A stretch of DNA of 64,000 nt from a bacterium (GCA_963693055.1 OY843751.1:128001-192000), one strand, 5' to 3'. Counted from the first letter of the stretch, positions 50,503-62,274 are shown. Numbers and translations are program-made. The notes: generated by a model from the letters alone, not told the origin.

Positions 50503-52299
50503 TTAGTCAGTTTTCAATATGGCAAGAAAAGCTTCCTGTGGTACCTGTACGGTACCCAGTTGCTTCATTCGCTTTTTACCCTCTTTTTGTTTCTCTAAAA
50601 GTTTACGTTTACGACTAATATCGCCACCGTAACATTTTGCTGTTACGTTTTTACGTAATGCGTTTATGGTTTCGCGCGAAATTACCTTGCTGCCAATAGA
50701 AGCCTGTATGGCAATTTTAAACATTTGTCTGGGAATCAGCTCTTTGAGTTTTTCACAAACTCTGCGGCCCCAGTCATATGCCTTGTCTTCATGTACAATT
50801 ACAGACAAGGCGTCTACTTTATCACCATTGAGCAGGATATCGAGACGAACAACTCTGCTGGGCTTGTATTCCTTGAATTCATAATCAAATGATGCATAAC
50901 CGCGAGTTATGGATTTCAGTTTATCGTAAAAGTCAAAAATAACTTCAGCCAGGGGGAATTCATAATGCAGGTTGGCGCGTGTTTTGTCTATATATTCTGT
51001 GTTTAAATATGTTCCGCGTCTTTCCTGTGCCAATGCCATAATGTTGCCAACAAATTCAGAAGGTGTCAATATGCTTGAACGGATAATAGGCTCTTCAACA
51101 CGATTGATATCTCCCGCGGATGGAAGGTTGGCAGGATTATCTACAATCAGTTTTTCACCGCTGTTGGTATAACAGTGAAACTCTACGTTGGGAACCGTTG
51201 TTACCAGGTCGAGCAGGTATTCACGTTCAAGACGTTCCTGAATAATTTCCATGTGCAATAAACCCAGGAATCCGCATCTGAAACCAAATCCCAGGGCAAC
51301 CGAAGTTTCCGGCTCGTAAAAGAGTGCCGAATCGTTCAGCTTTAATTTTTCAAGCGCCGCCCGCAAGTCTTCGTAATCATCCGTATCGGAAGGAAATAAT
51401 CCACTGAAAACCATAGGTTTAATTTCACGGTATCCGGAAAGAGGTTCAGGGGCAGGATTATCCATTGTTGTAATTGTATCACCCACCTTGGTATCCTTGA
51501 CTTCTTTGGCGCCGGCAATAATATAGCCAACTTCACCTGCAGAGAGCCTGTCCCGTTTGACTTGCTGCATACGGAAAATGCCCACTTCCTGGGCTTCATA
51601 GACCTTGCCTGTGGAAAAGAATTTTATATCCTGACCTTTGCTGATATATCCGTCTTTGATACGAATGTATGCAACGGCCCCACGATACGAGTTGAACATG
51701 GAATCAAAAATCAACGCACGGGTGGGTGCATCAGGATCGCCGCTTGGCGGAGGAACTGATTTAACGATGGCTTCTAAAATGTCATTTATACCCTGGCCGG
51801 TTTTTGCACTTGTCAGTACAATCTCTTCATCTTTACAGCCAATAAGATCAATAATTTGCTGTTTTACATCTTCAATTTGTGCACTAGGCAGGTCAATTTT
51901 GTTAATGACTGGTATGATTTCCAGATCGTTTTCTATTGCCATGTACAAATTGCTGACGGTTTGGGCTTCAACACCCTGAGCTGCGTCTACAATGAGCAAC
52001 GCGCCTTCGCATGCGGCAAGGCTACGCGATACTTCATAAGTAAAATCCACATGTCCCGGAGTATCAATCAAATTAAGGATATATTTTTGATTGTCTTTAC
52101 TCTTGTACTCCATAGTAATTGCGTGCATTTTGATGGTAATGCCGCGCTCACGTTCCAGATCCATACTGTCAAGCACCTGGTTCTGCATTTCCATTTTACT
52201 GAGCGTGCCGGTTTCTTCTAGCAACCGGTCAGCCAATGTTGATTTGCCATGATCAATATGGGCAATTATACAAAAATTTCTTATATGTTCCTGATTCAT
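50503..52299 (-). CDS. lepA: Elongation factor 4
   Basis: [38 protein letters not shown]. Confidence 0.98.
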   Translation of the reverse strand: MNQEHIRNFCIIAHIDHGKSTLADRLLEETGTLSKMEMQNQVLDSMDLERERGITIKMHAITMEYKSKDNQKYILNLIDTPGHVDFTYEVSRSLAACEGALLIVDAAQGVEAQTVSNLYMAIENDLEIIPVINKIDLPSAQIEDVKQQIIDLIGCKDEEIVLTSAKTGQGINDILEAIVKSVPPPSGDPDAPTRALIFDSMFNSYRGAVAYIRIKDGYISKGQDIKFFSTGKVYEAQEVGIFRMQQVKRDRLSAGEVGYIIAGAKEVKDTKVGDTITTMDNPAPEPLSGYREIKPMVFSGLFPSDTDDYEDLRAALEKLKLNDSALFYEPETSVALGFGFRCGFLGLLHMEIIQERLEREYLLDLVTTVPNVEFHCYTNSGEKLIVDNPANLPSAGDINRVEEPIIRSSILTPSEFVGNIMALAQERRGTYLNTEYIDKTRANLHYEFPLAEVIFDFYDKLKSITRGYASFDYEFKEYKPSRVVRLDILLNGDKVDALSVIVHEDKAYDWGRRVCEKLKELIPRQMFKIAIQASIGSKVISRETINALRKNVTAKCYGGDISRKRKLLEKQKEGKKRMKQLGTVQVPQEAFLAILKTD

Positions 52300-52463
52300 A
52301 TACTCTTCTTTTATTGAACAAACATGCTATAAAAACATTTAATTTACGAAATTACTTTCAAGAAATCAAGTGCAAGTGTTGAACATTTACCTTGATATTT
52401 TAAAAAAAATGGAATAACGTTTCCTGTAAACGGGGTTTACATTTGCATAAATATGGAGTGATT

Positions 52464-53597
52464 ATGAAAATTGCAATGGTATGTTATCCCACTCATGGCG
52501 GCAGTGGCGTTGTGGCAACAGAGCTGGGATTAAATTTAGCAAAATTAGGACACGAAGTCCATTTTATCAGTTACAGTTCCCCGTTTCGTCTTCGCGGATT
52601 TCAACAAAATGTATTCTATCATGAAGTCAATGTCTCGGCGTATCCTTTGTTTAAATATCCGCCTTATGATCTAAGCCTGGCTACAAAGATCATAGAGATA
52701 GCCCGCGAGTATTTGCTGGATGTAGTCCATGCGCATTATGCTATACCGCATGCGGTTAGCGCCTATCTTGCACGGCAGATTATGAATGGTACCGGACCCC
52801 GCATTATTACAACATTACATGGTACGGATATTACTCTGGTAGGTAAAGACGCAACATTCTTTGAAGCTGTTCGATTCAGCATAGAACAATCTGATGGTGT
52901 AACGGCAGTGTCTAATTATTTGACCGAGCGTACAAAAAAAGAGTTCTCAATTCAGAACAATATAAAAACATTGTATAATTTTGTAGATACCAATCGTTTT
53001 ACCGGTGAAATAAAAAATTGTGATGCAAAGCCCTTCAAACCCAATAATGAAAAGCTCATTCTGCATGCTTCAAATTTTCGCAAAGTTAAGAGATTGCCGG
53101 ATATTATCCGTGCTTTTGCCAAAGTCCATACGAAAATTCCCAGCCGGTTGCTGCTGGTAGGTGAGGGGCCGGAGCGACAGGCTTCTCAGGAGCTGGCTAA
53201 AGAATTGGGCGTAATTGAAGATGTATTGTATTTGGGCACCCAGGATTATATTGAAAACCTGCTGGGATGTGCGGATCTGTTCCTGTTGCCCAGCAGTGAG
53301 GAGAGTTTCGGGCTTGCGGCGCTTGAAGCCATGAGCTGTGAAACACCAGTTGTAGGCTCTAACGCCGGGGGTATACCCGAAGTGGTTGATCATGGAGTCA
53401 ATGGGTACTTGCATGATGTGGGTGATATTGATGCAATGGCAAACAGTATGATCGATTTGTTAAGCGATGATGTAAAGCTGCTAAAGTTTAAGCAAGAAGC
53501 AAGAGCAAAGGCTGTCGATGTTTTTGATACACAAAAAATAATACCACAATATGAAGCCTATTATCAGGAAATTATTGCAGGTAAAGGTAAGGTATAA
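52464..53597 (+). CDS. bshA: N-acetyl-alpha-D-glucosaminyl L-malate synthase
   Basis: [53 protein letters not shown]. Confidence 0.93.
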   Translation: MKIAMVCYPTHGGSGVVATELGLNLAKLGHEVHFISYSSPFRLRGFQQNVFYHEVNVSAYPLFKYPPYDLSLATKIIEIAREYLLDVVHAHYAIPHAVSAYLARQIMNGTGPRIITTLHGTDITLVGKDATFFEAVRFSIEQSDGVTAVSNYLTERTKKEFSIQNNIKTLYNFVDTNRFTGEIKNCDAKPFKPNNEKLILHASNFRKVKRLPDIIRAFAKVHTKIPSRLLLVGEGPERQASQELAKELGVIEDVLYLGTQDYIENLLGCADLFLLPSSEESFGLAALEAMSCETPVVGSNAGGIPEVVDHGVNGYLHDVGDIDAMANSMIDLLSDDVKLLKFKQEARAKAVDVFDTQKIIPQYEAYYQEIIAGKGKV

Positions 53598-54500
53598 ATG
53601 AATGTTTTGTTAACAGGTGCAACCGGTTTTGTTGGCTCCAGCGTATTAAATGAGCTGCTGGACAACGGATATAATGTTGGATGTTTAGTCCGGAATTCCA
53701 ATATCCGGCTCGAAGGTTTACCTGTTCAGCAATTAATTGCAGATGTGACTGATCCTGCAAGCTATCGTGAGTATCTTGCTGATTTTGATGCCATTGTTCA
53801 TCTGGTTGCCATTATTGAGGAAATACCCGGTAGAGGCATCACGTTTAAGCGGATGAATACGCAGGCCACCGAAAAACTTGTAAAGCTTGCATCCGAAAAT
53901 GGAGTTAAACGATTCATTCATATGAGTGCTTTGGGAGCTAGTGAAAAAGGGATTACTCCTTATTTTACAAGCAAGGGACTGGCTGAAAAAGCCGTTTGTG
54001 AAAGTGGTTTGGATTATACCATCTTTCGACCATCCTTTATTTATGGCCCTGATGATGCCGTGTATTCCATGATTGCAGAGATAATACGAAATAGTCCTTT
54101 GGGGCTGTATCCTGTGTTTGGCAATGGAAAATACAAGCATCAGCCGGTATCCGTAACTGATGTTGCCAGAGCAGTAATTCGATCTCTGGAAAATGAAAAA
54201 AGTTTCAACAAAACATATGATATTGGTGGCCCTGAAGCTTTATCTTTTAATAAGCAGCTGGAACTGTTAGGAAAGGCCATCCGTAAACAATGCAGGCCGC
54301 TGCATATTCCTCTGGCATTATCTCGTTTTTTGGTCAGCATTGCACAACTGTTGCCTTTTTCCCCAATCGATCGTGATCGGTTAAATATGCTGGTCAGAGA
54401 TAATGTGTGCGATAACTCTTTGATATTGGCTGACCTGGATTTAGAATTAACAGAATTTAGTAATGGAATTGAATATTTGAATTGGAGGCATAATGAGTGA
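53598..54500 (+). CDS. NDUFA9-like atypical SDR
   Basis: TGATGFVG, HMSALGA, YFTSK, FRPSFIYG, QPVSVTDVA. Confidence 0.85.
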   Translation: MNVLLTGATGFVGSSVLNELLDNGYNVGCLVRNSNIRLEGLPVQQLIADVTDPASYREYLADFDAIVHLVAIIEEIPGRGITFKRMNTQATEKLVKLASENGVKRFIHMSALGASEKGITPYFTSKGLAEKAVCESGLDYTIFRPSFIYGPDDAVYSMIAEIIRNSPLGLYPVFGNGKYKHQPVSVTDVARAVIRSLENEKSFNKTYDIGGPEALSFNKQLELLGKAIRKQCRPLHIPLALSRFLVSIAQLLPFSPIDRDRLNMLVRDNVCDNSLILADLDLELTEFSNGIEYLNWRHNE

Positions 54501-54966
54501 TGTGAAACAATTGGAAAAAGGTGATGTAGCACCTGATTTTACTTTGCCCTCTAGTACGGGTGAAACCATTTCTTTGCAGGATTATTTGGGTAAAAAGCGA
54601 GTTGTCTTATATTTTTATCCCAAAGACAATACGTCCGGTTGTACCAAAGAGGCGTGTTCTTTTAGAGATCATTTGCCGGCAATAGAGGATAAAGATACTG
54701 TTGTTTTGGGTGTAAGCCCCGATAGTTTAAAATCTCATGATAAATTTATTGAAAAACACGAGCTGAATTTTCCGCTTTTGTCCGATGAAGATCATAAAGT
54801 CGCCGAGTCTTATGGCGCCTGGGGCGAAAAAAAGATGTATGGAAAAACCTATTTTGGCATTATTCGTAAGACATTTGTTATTGACAAAGAGGGCAAAATT
54901 GAACAGGCTTTTCATAAAGTAAAAGCGGCTGAACATGGTGAAGAGATTTTAAACTTGCTTGATTAA
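54493..54966 (+). CDS. bcp: Peroxiredoxin Bcp
   Basis: YFYPKDNTSGCTKEACSFRD. Confidence 0.95.
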   Translation: MSDVKQLEKGDVAPDFTLPSSTGETISLQDYLGKKRVVLYFYPKDNTSGCTKEACSFRDHLPAIEDKDTVVLGVSPDSLKSHDKFIEKHELNFPLLSDEDHKVAESYGAWGEKKMYGKTYFGIIRKTFVIDKEGKIEQAFHKVKAAEHGEEILNLLD

Positions 54967-54981
54967 TGGGATTTTGCTAAT

Positions 54982-56271
54982 TTGTCTTTGATTAAAAAAG
55001 GACAAATTGTGAAGTTAAAATACGGCAAGAAATATTTAGATTTTACTCCATTTGAAAATGTTGACTGGTCTGTATTGGAACCCACAGCTACGTCAGCATT
55101 TTCAAATGAAATGGATTTGATTCACCATGGTGTTGATGCGCTTGTTGAGCAGCTCGAAAGATCTGTAAAATCCGGTGAGTCGGTGTTGTGCGTAATACCA
55201 GATCACACCAGAAAGTGTAGATTGCCCCTTGTTCTTCCTGAATTGATCAATGCTTTTAAATCTCGTCTTGATGTAGAGCCCGAATTTTTGGTTGCTAATG
55301 GTAGCCATGTATTGCAACCGGAATCCATTGTCCGCGAGCTGGTGGGTGACTCGTTATATGACTCTATTAAGATAAGCCAGCATGACGCTAAAGATGATAC
55401 CGCTTTATCATATGTGGGAGACACTACGAATGGAACGCGAATATATCTCAATACAAAAGTGGTAAACGCTGATCATCTCGTAACGATTGGGGGAATCCTT
55501 TTTCATTATTTTGCAGGTTTTGGCGGTGGCCCCAAAATGCTGCTACCCGGAGTGGCGGGTTACGAGACTATACGGCAAAACCACAGTCGCACAATTGATC
55601 CTGAAACAGGTACTTATCATAAAGACTGTACCGAAGGTAATATTGACACAAATCCCGTTTATCTTGATTTAAAGCAAGCCCTTGACTTTTTTGACAATAT
55701 AATATCACTGCAATTCGCATTGGACACTGACGGTAAAATTGTAATGGCCAAAGTCGGCCCTGTGCTTGAAGCCCAGCGAGTTGTTTGCGCCAAGGTTCGT
55801 GAATTGTATACCGTGTATTATTATGGAAAAGCAGACGTTGTGGTTGCCGGCGCGGGAGGGTTTCCCTCTGATGTTAATTTGGTTCAATCGCATAAAGCAA
55901 TTTTTCACGCATATCAGGCTGTCAAGTCGGGTGGAGTTATTATAGCTGTCGCAGCATGTGAAGAAGGCGCAGGTTCTGCTACATTTATGCCTTATTTCGA
56001 GCAAGAAAATGCATCTGCAATCGGTCAAAAACTGTTAACAGATTACAAAATAAACGGGCATACAGCGCTTTCTTTGAAAAGTAAGGCTGAAGATGTGACA
56101 ATAATTCTTGTATCTGGGCTGGATGAAGAATTGGTAAAAAAGACCGGTATGGTTCCTGCAAAATCTATAGGTGAAGCAGTTCGTTTGGCCAAAGCACTTT
56201 TGATTGGCGATAATATAAAGGGTTATGTGTTGTCGCAGGCCAACTTGTATGTTCCAGAGCAGAGAGACTAG
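54982..56271 (+). CDS. LarA family nickel-pincer-dependent racemase/epimerase
   Basis: PDHTR, ANGSH, HYFAGFGGGPKMLLPG, NHS, GGFPSDVNLVQSHK. Confidence 0.85.
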   Translation: MSLIKKGQIVKLKYGKKYLDFTPFENVDWSVLEPTATSAFSNEMDLIHHGVDALVEQLERSVKSGESVLCVIPDHTRKCRLPLVLPELINAFKSRLDVEPEFLVANGSHVLQPESIVRELVGDSLYDSIKISQHDAKDDTALSYVGDTTNGTRIYLNTKVVNADHLVTIGGILFHYFAGFGGGPKMLLPGVAGYETIRQNHSRTIDPETGTYHKDCTEGNIDTNPVYLDLKQALDFFDNIISLQFALDTDGKIVMAKVGPVLEAQRVVCAKVRELYTVYYYGKADVVVAGAGGFPSDVNLVQSHKAIFHAYQAVKSGGVIIAVAACEEGAGSATFMPYFEQENASAIGQKLLTDYKINGHTALSLKSKAEDVTIILVSGLDEELVKKTGMVPAKSIGEAVRLAKALLIGDNIKGYVLSQANLYVPEQRD

Positions 56272-56798
56272 TTATCTTTAATGTCCTCGATTAACATTTT
56301 TGTCCAGGATTCAATAAATTCCCAATCTCTTGTGTCAATATTGTCTTCAGAGGGCAGGCCTTTGCGTTTTAAAACAGTTTTTGTGATTTCCTGCATTACC
56401 GGGTTCATTTTGGCAAAATCAATTTTCCCACCAAACGCCTCTGATTGCAGCAAATGGATTTCGGGATATTTTTCAAACAATGGATTGATAAATTCTCTTT
56501 TTATCTCTTCTCTTCCATCAATGCAGGTAGCTGCAAGACAAACGGCAAAAAAGGCAACTTTTTTCTGAGGTAAGATATGTCGTTCTCTTGCTAAAAAGTC
56601 CCTAACATTTGCCAATGGCAGGTCAGCCCTGACAGAGCTGCCAATAATTATTGCATCATAATTATCAATGTTTGAAATTTGATCAATTGAATTTGTGGTG
56701 ATGTTAAAAGTCTCTTCTTGTGACAATACTTTTGCTACTTTTTCCGCAACCTCTTTGGTTGACCCATATCCGCTACTATAAGTGACAAGGATTTCCAT
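56268..56798 (-). CDS. Flavodoxin-domain protein (HemG-like), paralog A
   Basis: YSSGYGSTKEVAE, FGGKIDF, DTRDWE. Confidence 0.85.
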   Translation of the reverse strand: MEILVTYSSGYGSTKEVAEKVAKVLSQEETFNITTNSIDQISNIDNYDAIIIGSSVRADLPLANVRDFLARERHILPQKKVAFFAVCLAATCIDGREEIKREFINPLFEKYPEIHLLQSEAFGGKIDFAKMNPVMQEITKTVLKRKGLPSEDNIDTRDWEFIESWTKMLIEDIKDN

Positions 56799-56886
56799 TA
56801 TTACTTCCTGTTAGTGACAAGTTGAAAAAAGTAAAATATTGATCTTGCAGATAAAATGCCAGAAAAAAATTTCCAATTTTCCCAAT

Positions 56887-57414
56887 TTAAAGTATTTGTT
56901 TTAATTGGGATGCCCAAATTTTAATATTATCCCAGTTGCGTGTATCAACGCTACCGTTAGAGCTTACCCCGGTTTTTTTGAAAACCTGTAAAATTAAGCT
57001 TTGCATAACAGGATTAAGGCGTTGAAAATCAATTTTGCCACCAAAGGCAGCAATGCTTTTAAAATCTAAATCGGGATAATGATCTTTTAGTTGCTGAGTG
57101 TAGGTGGTTATTATCTTTTCCTGCCCCTCAAGAGAGTTTGCGGTCAGACAAAGAATAAACATGGCAAGTTTTTTATCTTTTAATAGTGATTTATTTGCAG
57201 AAATAAAATCTCGAGTATTGGCTAATAAATTATCAGCTCTTATTGAAGTGCCTATAATGATTGTATCAAAGGAATCAAGGTTTTGTGGCGAGTCAATCAA
57301 TTGCAATTCAACGGATGTTGAATTGTTTTCTGATATTAACTTTCCAATTGTCTCGGCAACTTCTTTGGTTGTACCGTAACCGCTGCTATAAATTATAAGT
57401 GTTTTTTGTGCCAT
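56887..57414 (-). CDS. Flavodoxin-domain protein (HemG-like), paralog B
   Basis: YSSGYGTTKEVAE, FGGKIDF, DTRNWD. Confidence 0.85.
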   Translation of the reverse strand: MAQKTLIIYSSGYGTTKEVAETIGKLISENNSTSVELQLIDSPQNLDSFDTIIIGTSIRADNLLANTRDFISANKSLLKDKKLAMFILCLTANSLEGQEKIITTYTQQLKDHYPDLDFKSIAAFGGKIDFQRLNPVMQSLILQVFKKTGVSSNGSVDTRNWDNIKIWASQLKQIL

Positions 57415-57609
57415 AGGTTCTTGTAATTTTTTTTATTGACGAACATAATAACACATGATTGTAAAAAAAAATTCACAAAAATCTGAAAAAACTGAAATTT
57501 ATTGTATAATTTTACTCTTTTTCAGCAATCAACAAGCCACGTATGTCCTGTTCAATGCCAAAAAAGAATTGACTTTACTTGTAAATATTTATATATTTAA
57601 CATCTGTAT

Positions 57610-57695
57610 GCGAGAGTGGCGAAACTGGCAGACGCGCTAGACTTAGGATCTAGTGCCCCATGGGCTTGGGGGTTCGACTCCCCCCTCTCGCACCA
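57610..57695 (+). tRNA. tRNA-Leu (anticodon TAG)
   Basis: GCGAGAG/CTCTCGC acceptor stem with ACCA, anticodon arm CTAGA-CTTAGGA-TCTAG, long variable arm, GGTTCGACTCC T arm; upstream of tig. Confidence 0.97.
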
Positions 57696-57787
57696 AGCGT
57701 AGAGAATGAACGGTCGGCGAACAGATGGAATTTCTGCGTTCGTCGATTTTTTTTATTAAATAAATTTAAATACAAGAGGTTCACGAA

Positions 57788-59146
57788 TTGGATTATAATA
57801 TTACAAATGGGAAAAACTGGCACACTGTTATTGATGTTACTATTCCGCCGGATTCAATTAAACCTAAATTGGATGAGAATTTTAAAGCGTATCAGGCTAA
57901 TGCAAAAATAGGTGGATTCCGAAAAGGTAAAGTGCCTATGCAGCTCGTTAAAAAGATGTTCGGTGCTGAAATAGAACAAGACACTTTTCGTCCTTATATT
58001 ACAGAAGCTTGGCAAACCATCTTTAAAGATAATCCTTTTGAGAATGCAATTGATGAACCCTATATCACAGATTTGAAATTTGATAATGATAAAGGTTTGA
58101 CCTTTAATATCGAATTCGACGTCCGTCCTGAATTCGAAGTGAAAGGATATGGGGATGTCAAAGTTGAGAAAATTGCTTACGATATCAAAAAAGATGATGT
58201 TGAAAATGCCCTTGAAGAGATTCGAGAACGTCAGGCAATGATCCATACGGTTGAAGGTGAAGCCAAAGAAGGCAATTTTCTGCTGGCTGATTTACAGGAG
58301 CTCGACGAAGGTGGTGTTCCCGTGGTTGGAAGCAGATACCCTGATCAACAAGTGTGGTTGAGCAAGGAAAATGTTGAGCTTACGTCTCAGTTGTTAGGAG
58401 TTAAGGCAGGTGAAGACCGCAAGATCACTTTGACGTTGCCATCTCAGGAAGAAGGTAAAGAGGGTGAAGAAAAGAAACAAGATTTTATGCTGGCTGTAAA
58501 AGAGATTAAGGAACGGCGTGTTCCAGATCTGGATGACGAGTTTGCCAAGGATGTAGGTCCTTATAAAAACTTGAAAGAATTAAAAGATCTTTTGAAAAAG
58601 AATATTACAGCTCAGGCAGAAATGGAAGCCCGTGTAAAGTTTGAATCTGACCTTGTTGACGGAATGGTTAAAAAGGTAGAAATTGAAGCTCCGCCATCAA
58701 TGGTTAATAATTACCTGGGTGCTTTGATTAGTGACTTTAAAAAACGCAACAAAGAGCAAAAAGTAACTGACGAGCAATTGATTGAATATTACAAATCTAC
58801 AGCAGAAAAAACCATTCAATGGATGCTGTTAAGAGAAAAGATCATAGAACAGGAAAGCATTTCGGTGTCTGAAGAGGAGCTTGAAGCAAAGATCAAAGAG
58901 CTGGAAGCTTCTGAAAATGAGCATGACAAACAGCGTGCCCAGGAATGCCGTGATGATGAACATGCAAAACGTAATCTTGAAGATCGTTTGTTGGAAGAAA
59001 AGGTCTATGCCTTCCTTGAAAGTAAAGTTAAAGTCAGTAAGGTGAAAAAAGGATGGCGTGAAGTTGAAGAACCACAGGAAACTGAGCAAGAAGCTGCTCA
59101 GGAAGAGCCTGCTGAAGAACCTGCAGACGATAAAAAAAGTGAATAA
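57788..59146 (+). CDS. tig: Trigger factor
   Basis: GFRKGKVP, PDLDDEFAK; position before clpP. Confidence 0.95.
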   Translation: MDYNITNGKNWHTVIDVTIPPDSIKPKLDENFKAYQANAKIGGFRKGKVPMQLVKKMFGAEIEQDTFRPYITEAWQTIFKDNPFENAIDEPYITDLKFDNDKGLTFNIEFDVRPEFEVKGYGDVKVEKIAYDIKKDDVENALEEIRERQAMIHTVEGEAKEGNFLLADLQELDEGGVPVVGSRYPDQQVWLSKENVELTSQLLGVKAGEDRKITLTLPSQEEGKEGEEKKQDFMLAVKEIKERRVPDLDDEFAKDVGPYKNLKELKDLLKKNITAQAEMEARVKFESDLVDGMVKKVEIEAPPSMVNNYLGALISDFKKRNKEQKVTDEQLIEYYKSTAEKTIQWMLLREKIIEQESISVSEEELEAKIKELEASENEHDKQRAQECRDDEHAKRNLEDRLLEEKVYAFLESKVKVSKVKKGWREVEEPQETEQEAAQEEPAEEPADDKKSE

Positions 59147-59207
59147 TTCAGTAATAGATTTGTTATCTATTACTGAAAAAAATATACGAATTTAAACGGA
59201 GTTACAT

Positions 59208-59810
59208 ATGGCACTTGTACCTATGGTAGTCGAGCAAACAGGCCGTGGAGAACGGGCTTATGATATTTTTTCTCGCTTATTAAAGGAAAGAATCATATTT
59301 TTAGGTACTGCAATTGATGATACCGTTGCCAGTCTGGCAATTGCGCAATTATTGTTTCTCGAAGCTGATGATCCTGATAAGGATGTTTATTTGTATATAA
59401 ACTCTCCCGGTGGATATGTTTCTGCGGGATTGGCGATATATGATACTATGCAATACATCAAGCCCGACGTGGCAACTATTTGTATGGGGCAGGCATCCAG
59501 TATGGGTGCATTTTTGTTGGCTGCGGGTACCCCCGGAAAGCGATCTGCCCTGCCACATGCACGTGTTATGATTCACCAGCCTTTAGGCGGTGCGCAGGGG
59601 CAGGCAAGTGATATAGAAATACAGGCTAAAGAGATTCTGCATTTGCGTGAAGAGTTGAATCAGGTCCTGGCAAATCATACCGGTCAGCCTTTGGATAAAA
59701 TTGAAAAAGATACTGATCGTAATTACTTTATGAGTGCTCAGGAAGCCAAAGATTATGGCATTATTGATGAAATTATGATACGTAAAAATACCGAAGTGAC
59801 AAAAGAATAA
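59208..59810 (+). CDS. clpP: Clp protease proteolytic subunit
   Basis: [33 protein letters not shown]. Confidence 0.98.
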   Translation: MALVPMVVEQTGRGERAYDIFSRLLKERIIFLGTAIDDTVASLAIAQLLFLEADDPDKDVYLYINSPGGYVSAGLAIYDTMQYIKPDVATICMGQASSMGAFLLAAGTPGKRSALPHARVMIHQPLGGAQGQASDIEIQAKEILHLREELNQVLANHTGQPLDKIEKDTDRNYFMSAQEAKDYGIIDEIMIRKNTEVTKE

Positions 59811-59833
59811 GTAGGTTTTAAAAGGATAATTGT

Positions 59834-61108
59834 ATGGACCAGAATAACAAGGGTGATAACAGATTTGCCATCTGTTCGTTTTGTGGGAAAAATTCCAACC
59901 AGGTGGAAACCATTGTCACAGGTCCGGATGTAAGTATTTGCAATGAGTGTGTGGCAATTGCTAATAAAGTGATCTCTCGTGAAAAGTCGAAAAAACCTTT
60001 TACTTTGCAGGGTAAAATACCGACTCCTGAAGAGATTAAAAATGAACTGGACAAGTTTGTTATTGGCCAGGAATACGCAAAGAAAAATATTGCAGTTGCA
60101 GTTTATAATCATTATAAGCGTATTGAAGAAAAATCTGCTTCCGAAGAAGATGTTGTTCTTGAGAAAAGCAATGTGCTGTTGATTGGCCCTACGGGCACGG
60201 GAAAAACGTTGATGGCCCAGACTTTGGCCAAGTTTTTAAAAGTACCGTTTACCATTGCTGATGCAACTACTTTGACAGAAGCAGGGTACGTTGGTGAAGA
60301 TGTAGAGAATATACTTGTAAGGCTTTTACAGGCTGCCGAATATAACGTGCAGCGAGCGGAAAGAGGTATTGTTTATATTGATGAGCTTGATAAGATCTCC
60401 AGAAAAGGGGGGAACCCCTCAATTACGCGTGATGTTTCGGGTGAAGGAGTGCAGCAGGCTTTGTTAAAAATGTTAGAAGGTACAATCGCCGCAGTTCCAC
60501 CAAAAGGTGGCCGTAAGCACCCTGAAATGGATTTTATCAATCTCAATACCAAAAATATATTGTTTATTTGTGGTGGTGCGTTTGAGGGGCTTGATAAAGT
60601 TGTTTCAACCCGCATCGGGAAAAAGTCGGTTGGTTTTGGCGCAGATGTTGACAAGAACCAGCTTAAAGAAGAATATGTTTTGCGTCATGTAGAACCCGAA
60701 GACTTGTTGCAATATGGTTTGATTCCCGAGTTGATAGGACGTTTGCCGGTAATAACAACATTATCAGATCTTGATGATGATGCGCTTTTCAGGATTTTGA
60801 CCGAGCCGAAAAACGCATTGATAAAACAGTTCAAGCATTTGTTTAAACTGGATAATGTAGAGTTGGTTGTTGAAGATGATGCATTATTTGAAATTATAAA
60901 AATAGCAAAAAGCCGCAAGACGGGTGCGAGGGGATTGCGCTCGGTAATGGAGGGTGTGATGCTTGATATTATGTATCATCTGCCTTCACAAAATAATATT
61001 AAAGCCTGTAAGATCACAAAGCATGTTGTGATCGAGAAAGCAGAGCCTGAATATGCTTTTAGAGCAGATTTTATTGAAGACCATTCGAATTTGGACGATG
61101 CTGCGTGA
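59834..61108 (+). CDS. clpX: Clp protease ATPase subunit
   Basis: CSFCG zinc-binding domain, [22 protein letters not shown]. Confidence 0.98.
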   Translation: MDQNNKGDNRFAICSFCGKNSNQVETIVTGPDVSICNECVAIANKVISREKSKKPFTLQGKIPTPEEIKNELDKFVIGQEYAKKNIAVAVYNHYKRIEEKSASEEDVVLEKSNVLLIGPTGTGKTLMAQTLAKFLKVPFTIADATTLTEAGYVGEDVENILVRLLQAAEYNVQRAERGIVYIDELDKISRKGGNPSITRDVSGEGVQQALLKMLEGTIAAVPPKGGRKHPEMDFINLNTKNILFICGGAFEGLDKVVSTRIGKKSVGFGADVDKNQLKEEYVLRHVEPEDLLQYGLIPELIGRLPVITTLSDLDDDALFRILTEPKNALIKQFKHLFKLDNVELVVEDDALFEIIKIAKSRKTGARGLRSVMEGVMLDIMYHLPSQNNIKACKITKHVVIEKAEPEYAFRADFIEDHSNLDDAA

Positions 61109-61133
61109 AATCTTTGTTTTCAGTTGAGGTTTT

Positions 61134-61736
61134 ATGAAAATAACCATGGCAGAATATGTCAAGAGTATTAACACTCTTGAACAGCTGCCAAACGAAAACA
61201 TTCCTCATATTGCGTTTGCCGGTAGATCAAATGTTGGCAAATCAAGCTTGATGAACACCTTGCTAAATAGAAAAAAATTAGTAAAGGTGAGTTCTACACC
61301 GGGGAAAACCCGTTCGATCAATTTTTTTTTAATAAACCAGGCGTTTTATTTTGTTGATTTACCAGGTTATGGTTATGCCAAGGTCTCTAAGACTATGTAT
61401 AGAGACTGGCAAAAGTTGATGGAGAGTTATTTGTCGTCTGTTGGACAGTTAAAAGCGGTTGTTCATCTGTTTGACTTGAGGCATCCCATTACACAAATGG
61501 ATAAAGAGTTCTTGGCTTGGTTGAATTATTATGATATTGACAGCATTTTGGTAGGAACAAAAGCTGACAAGTTGTCAAAGAATAAATTGGCAGCACAAAT
61601 AGATTCAAATCTACGAGTGTTGGATGATGAGTTTGGCAGCAATACTTCAGTAATTGCATTTTCTTCAGTTACAGGTAAAGGCAAAGACGAGCTTTGGTCT
61701 TTGATTTTGGAGCATTTAAAGACTACAAAAAAGTAG
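61134..61736 (+). CDS. engB: Ribosome biogenesis GTPase YihA/EngB
   Basis: GRSNVGKSS, DLPGYGY, TKADK. Confidence 0.95.
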   Translation: MKITMAEYVKSINTLEQLPNENIPHIAFAGRSNVGKSSLMNTLLNRKKLVKVSSTPGKTRSINFFLINQAFYFVDLPGYGYAKVSKTMYRDWQKLMESYLSSVGQLKAVVHLFDLRHPITQMDKEFLAWLNYYDIDSILVGTKADKLSKNKLAAQIDSNLRVLDDEFGSNTSVIAFSSVTGKGKDELWSLILEHLKTTKK

Positions 61737-62142
61737 TTTTTCAGTGTTTTGTGACATTTTTGAAGCATTGACGATATTTAAAGCAAGGCAATTTTGTATA
61801 ATAGTGCAGTATTTTGCTTGATTATAGTAAAGTTGGAGCCCAAAAGTTAGTGCTGGAAAGAATTTGTTTCAGTTTTATACAATTTTGTAGGATTGTTTTT
61901 TTAGGCCGACATTGTTGTGGGAAATTGAGGGCCATGGGGGTAAAATGGAGAAGAAGTAAGTTGTTGGCAAGTTGTTGTATTTGTTGGGATTGTGGTCACT
62001 TTGAAAAGTAGAGAAAAAGTAGCTTAATATGGCATAATTGTTGTCATGGCTTGAGCGTTTGGTCGTACAACGGTTTAAAAGAAGTGTGGTGGAATTTATG
62101 CAAATTGTTAGTTTTTATTTGCTTAATAGAATTAAAAAAATC

Positions 62143-62171
62143 TTGACAATATTTCAAAAAACAATTATATT
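62143..62171 (+). promoter_or_regulatory. sigma70 promoter
   Basis: TTGACA-17 bp-TATATT. Confidence 0.7.
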
Positions 62172-62245
62172 TCTTAACAAGAAATTTGGTGACTTGTTTG
62201 AAACAGTATGGAATACAGATTTTTTACATTTGGTTAATATATTCG

Positions 62246-62274
62246 AAAAGGGCGCATTGAAATCGCCCTTTTTT
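62246..62274 (+). terminator. Terminator-like hairpin in the leader of the TonB receptor gene
   Basis: AAAAGGGCG-CATTGAAAT-CGCCCTTTTTT. Confidence 0.65.

Noticed and set aside
57610-57790. tRNA-anchored genomic island
   Set aside because: The tRNA is followed directly by tig; I noticed no integrase or duplicated tRNA 3' end.
57455-57911. ORFs 57455..57640 and 57660..57911
   Set aside because: They overlap tRNA-Leu and tig and appear spurious.
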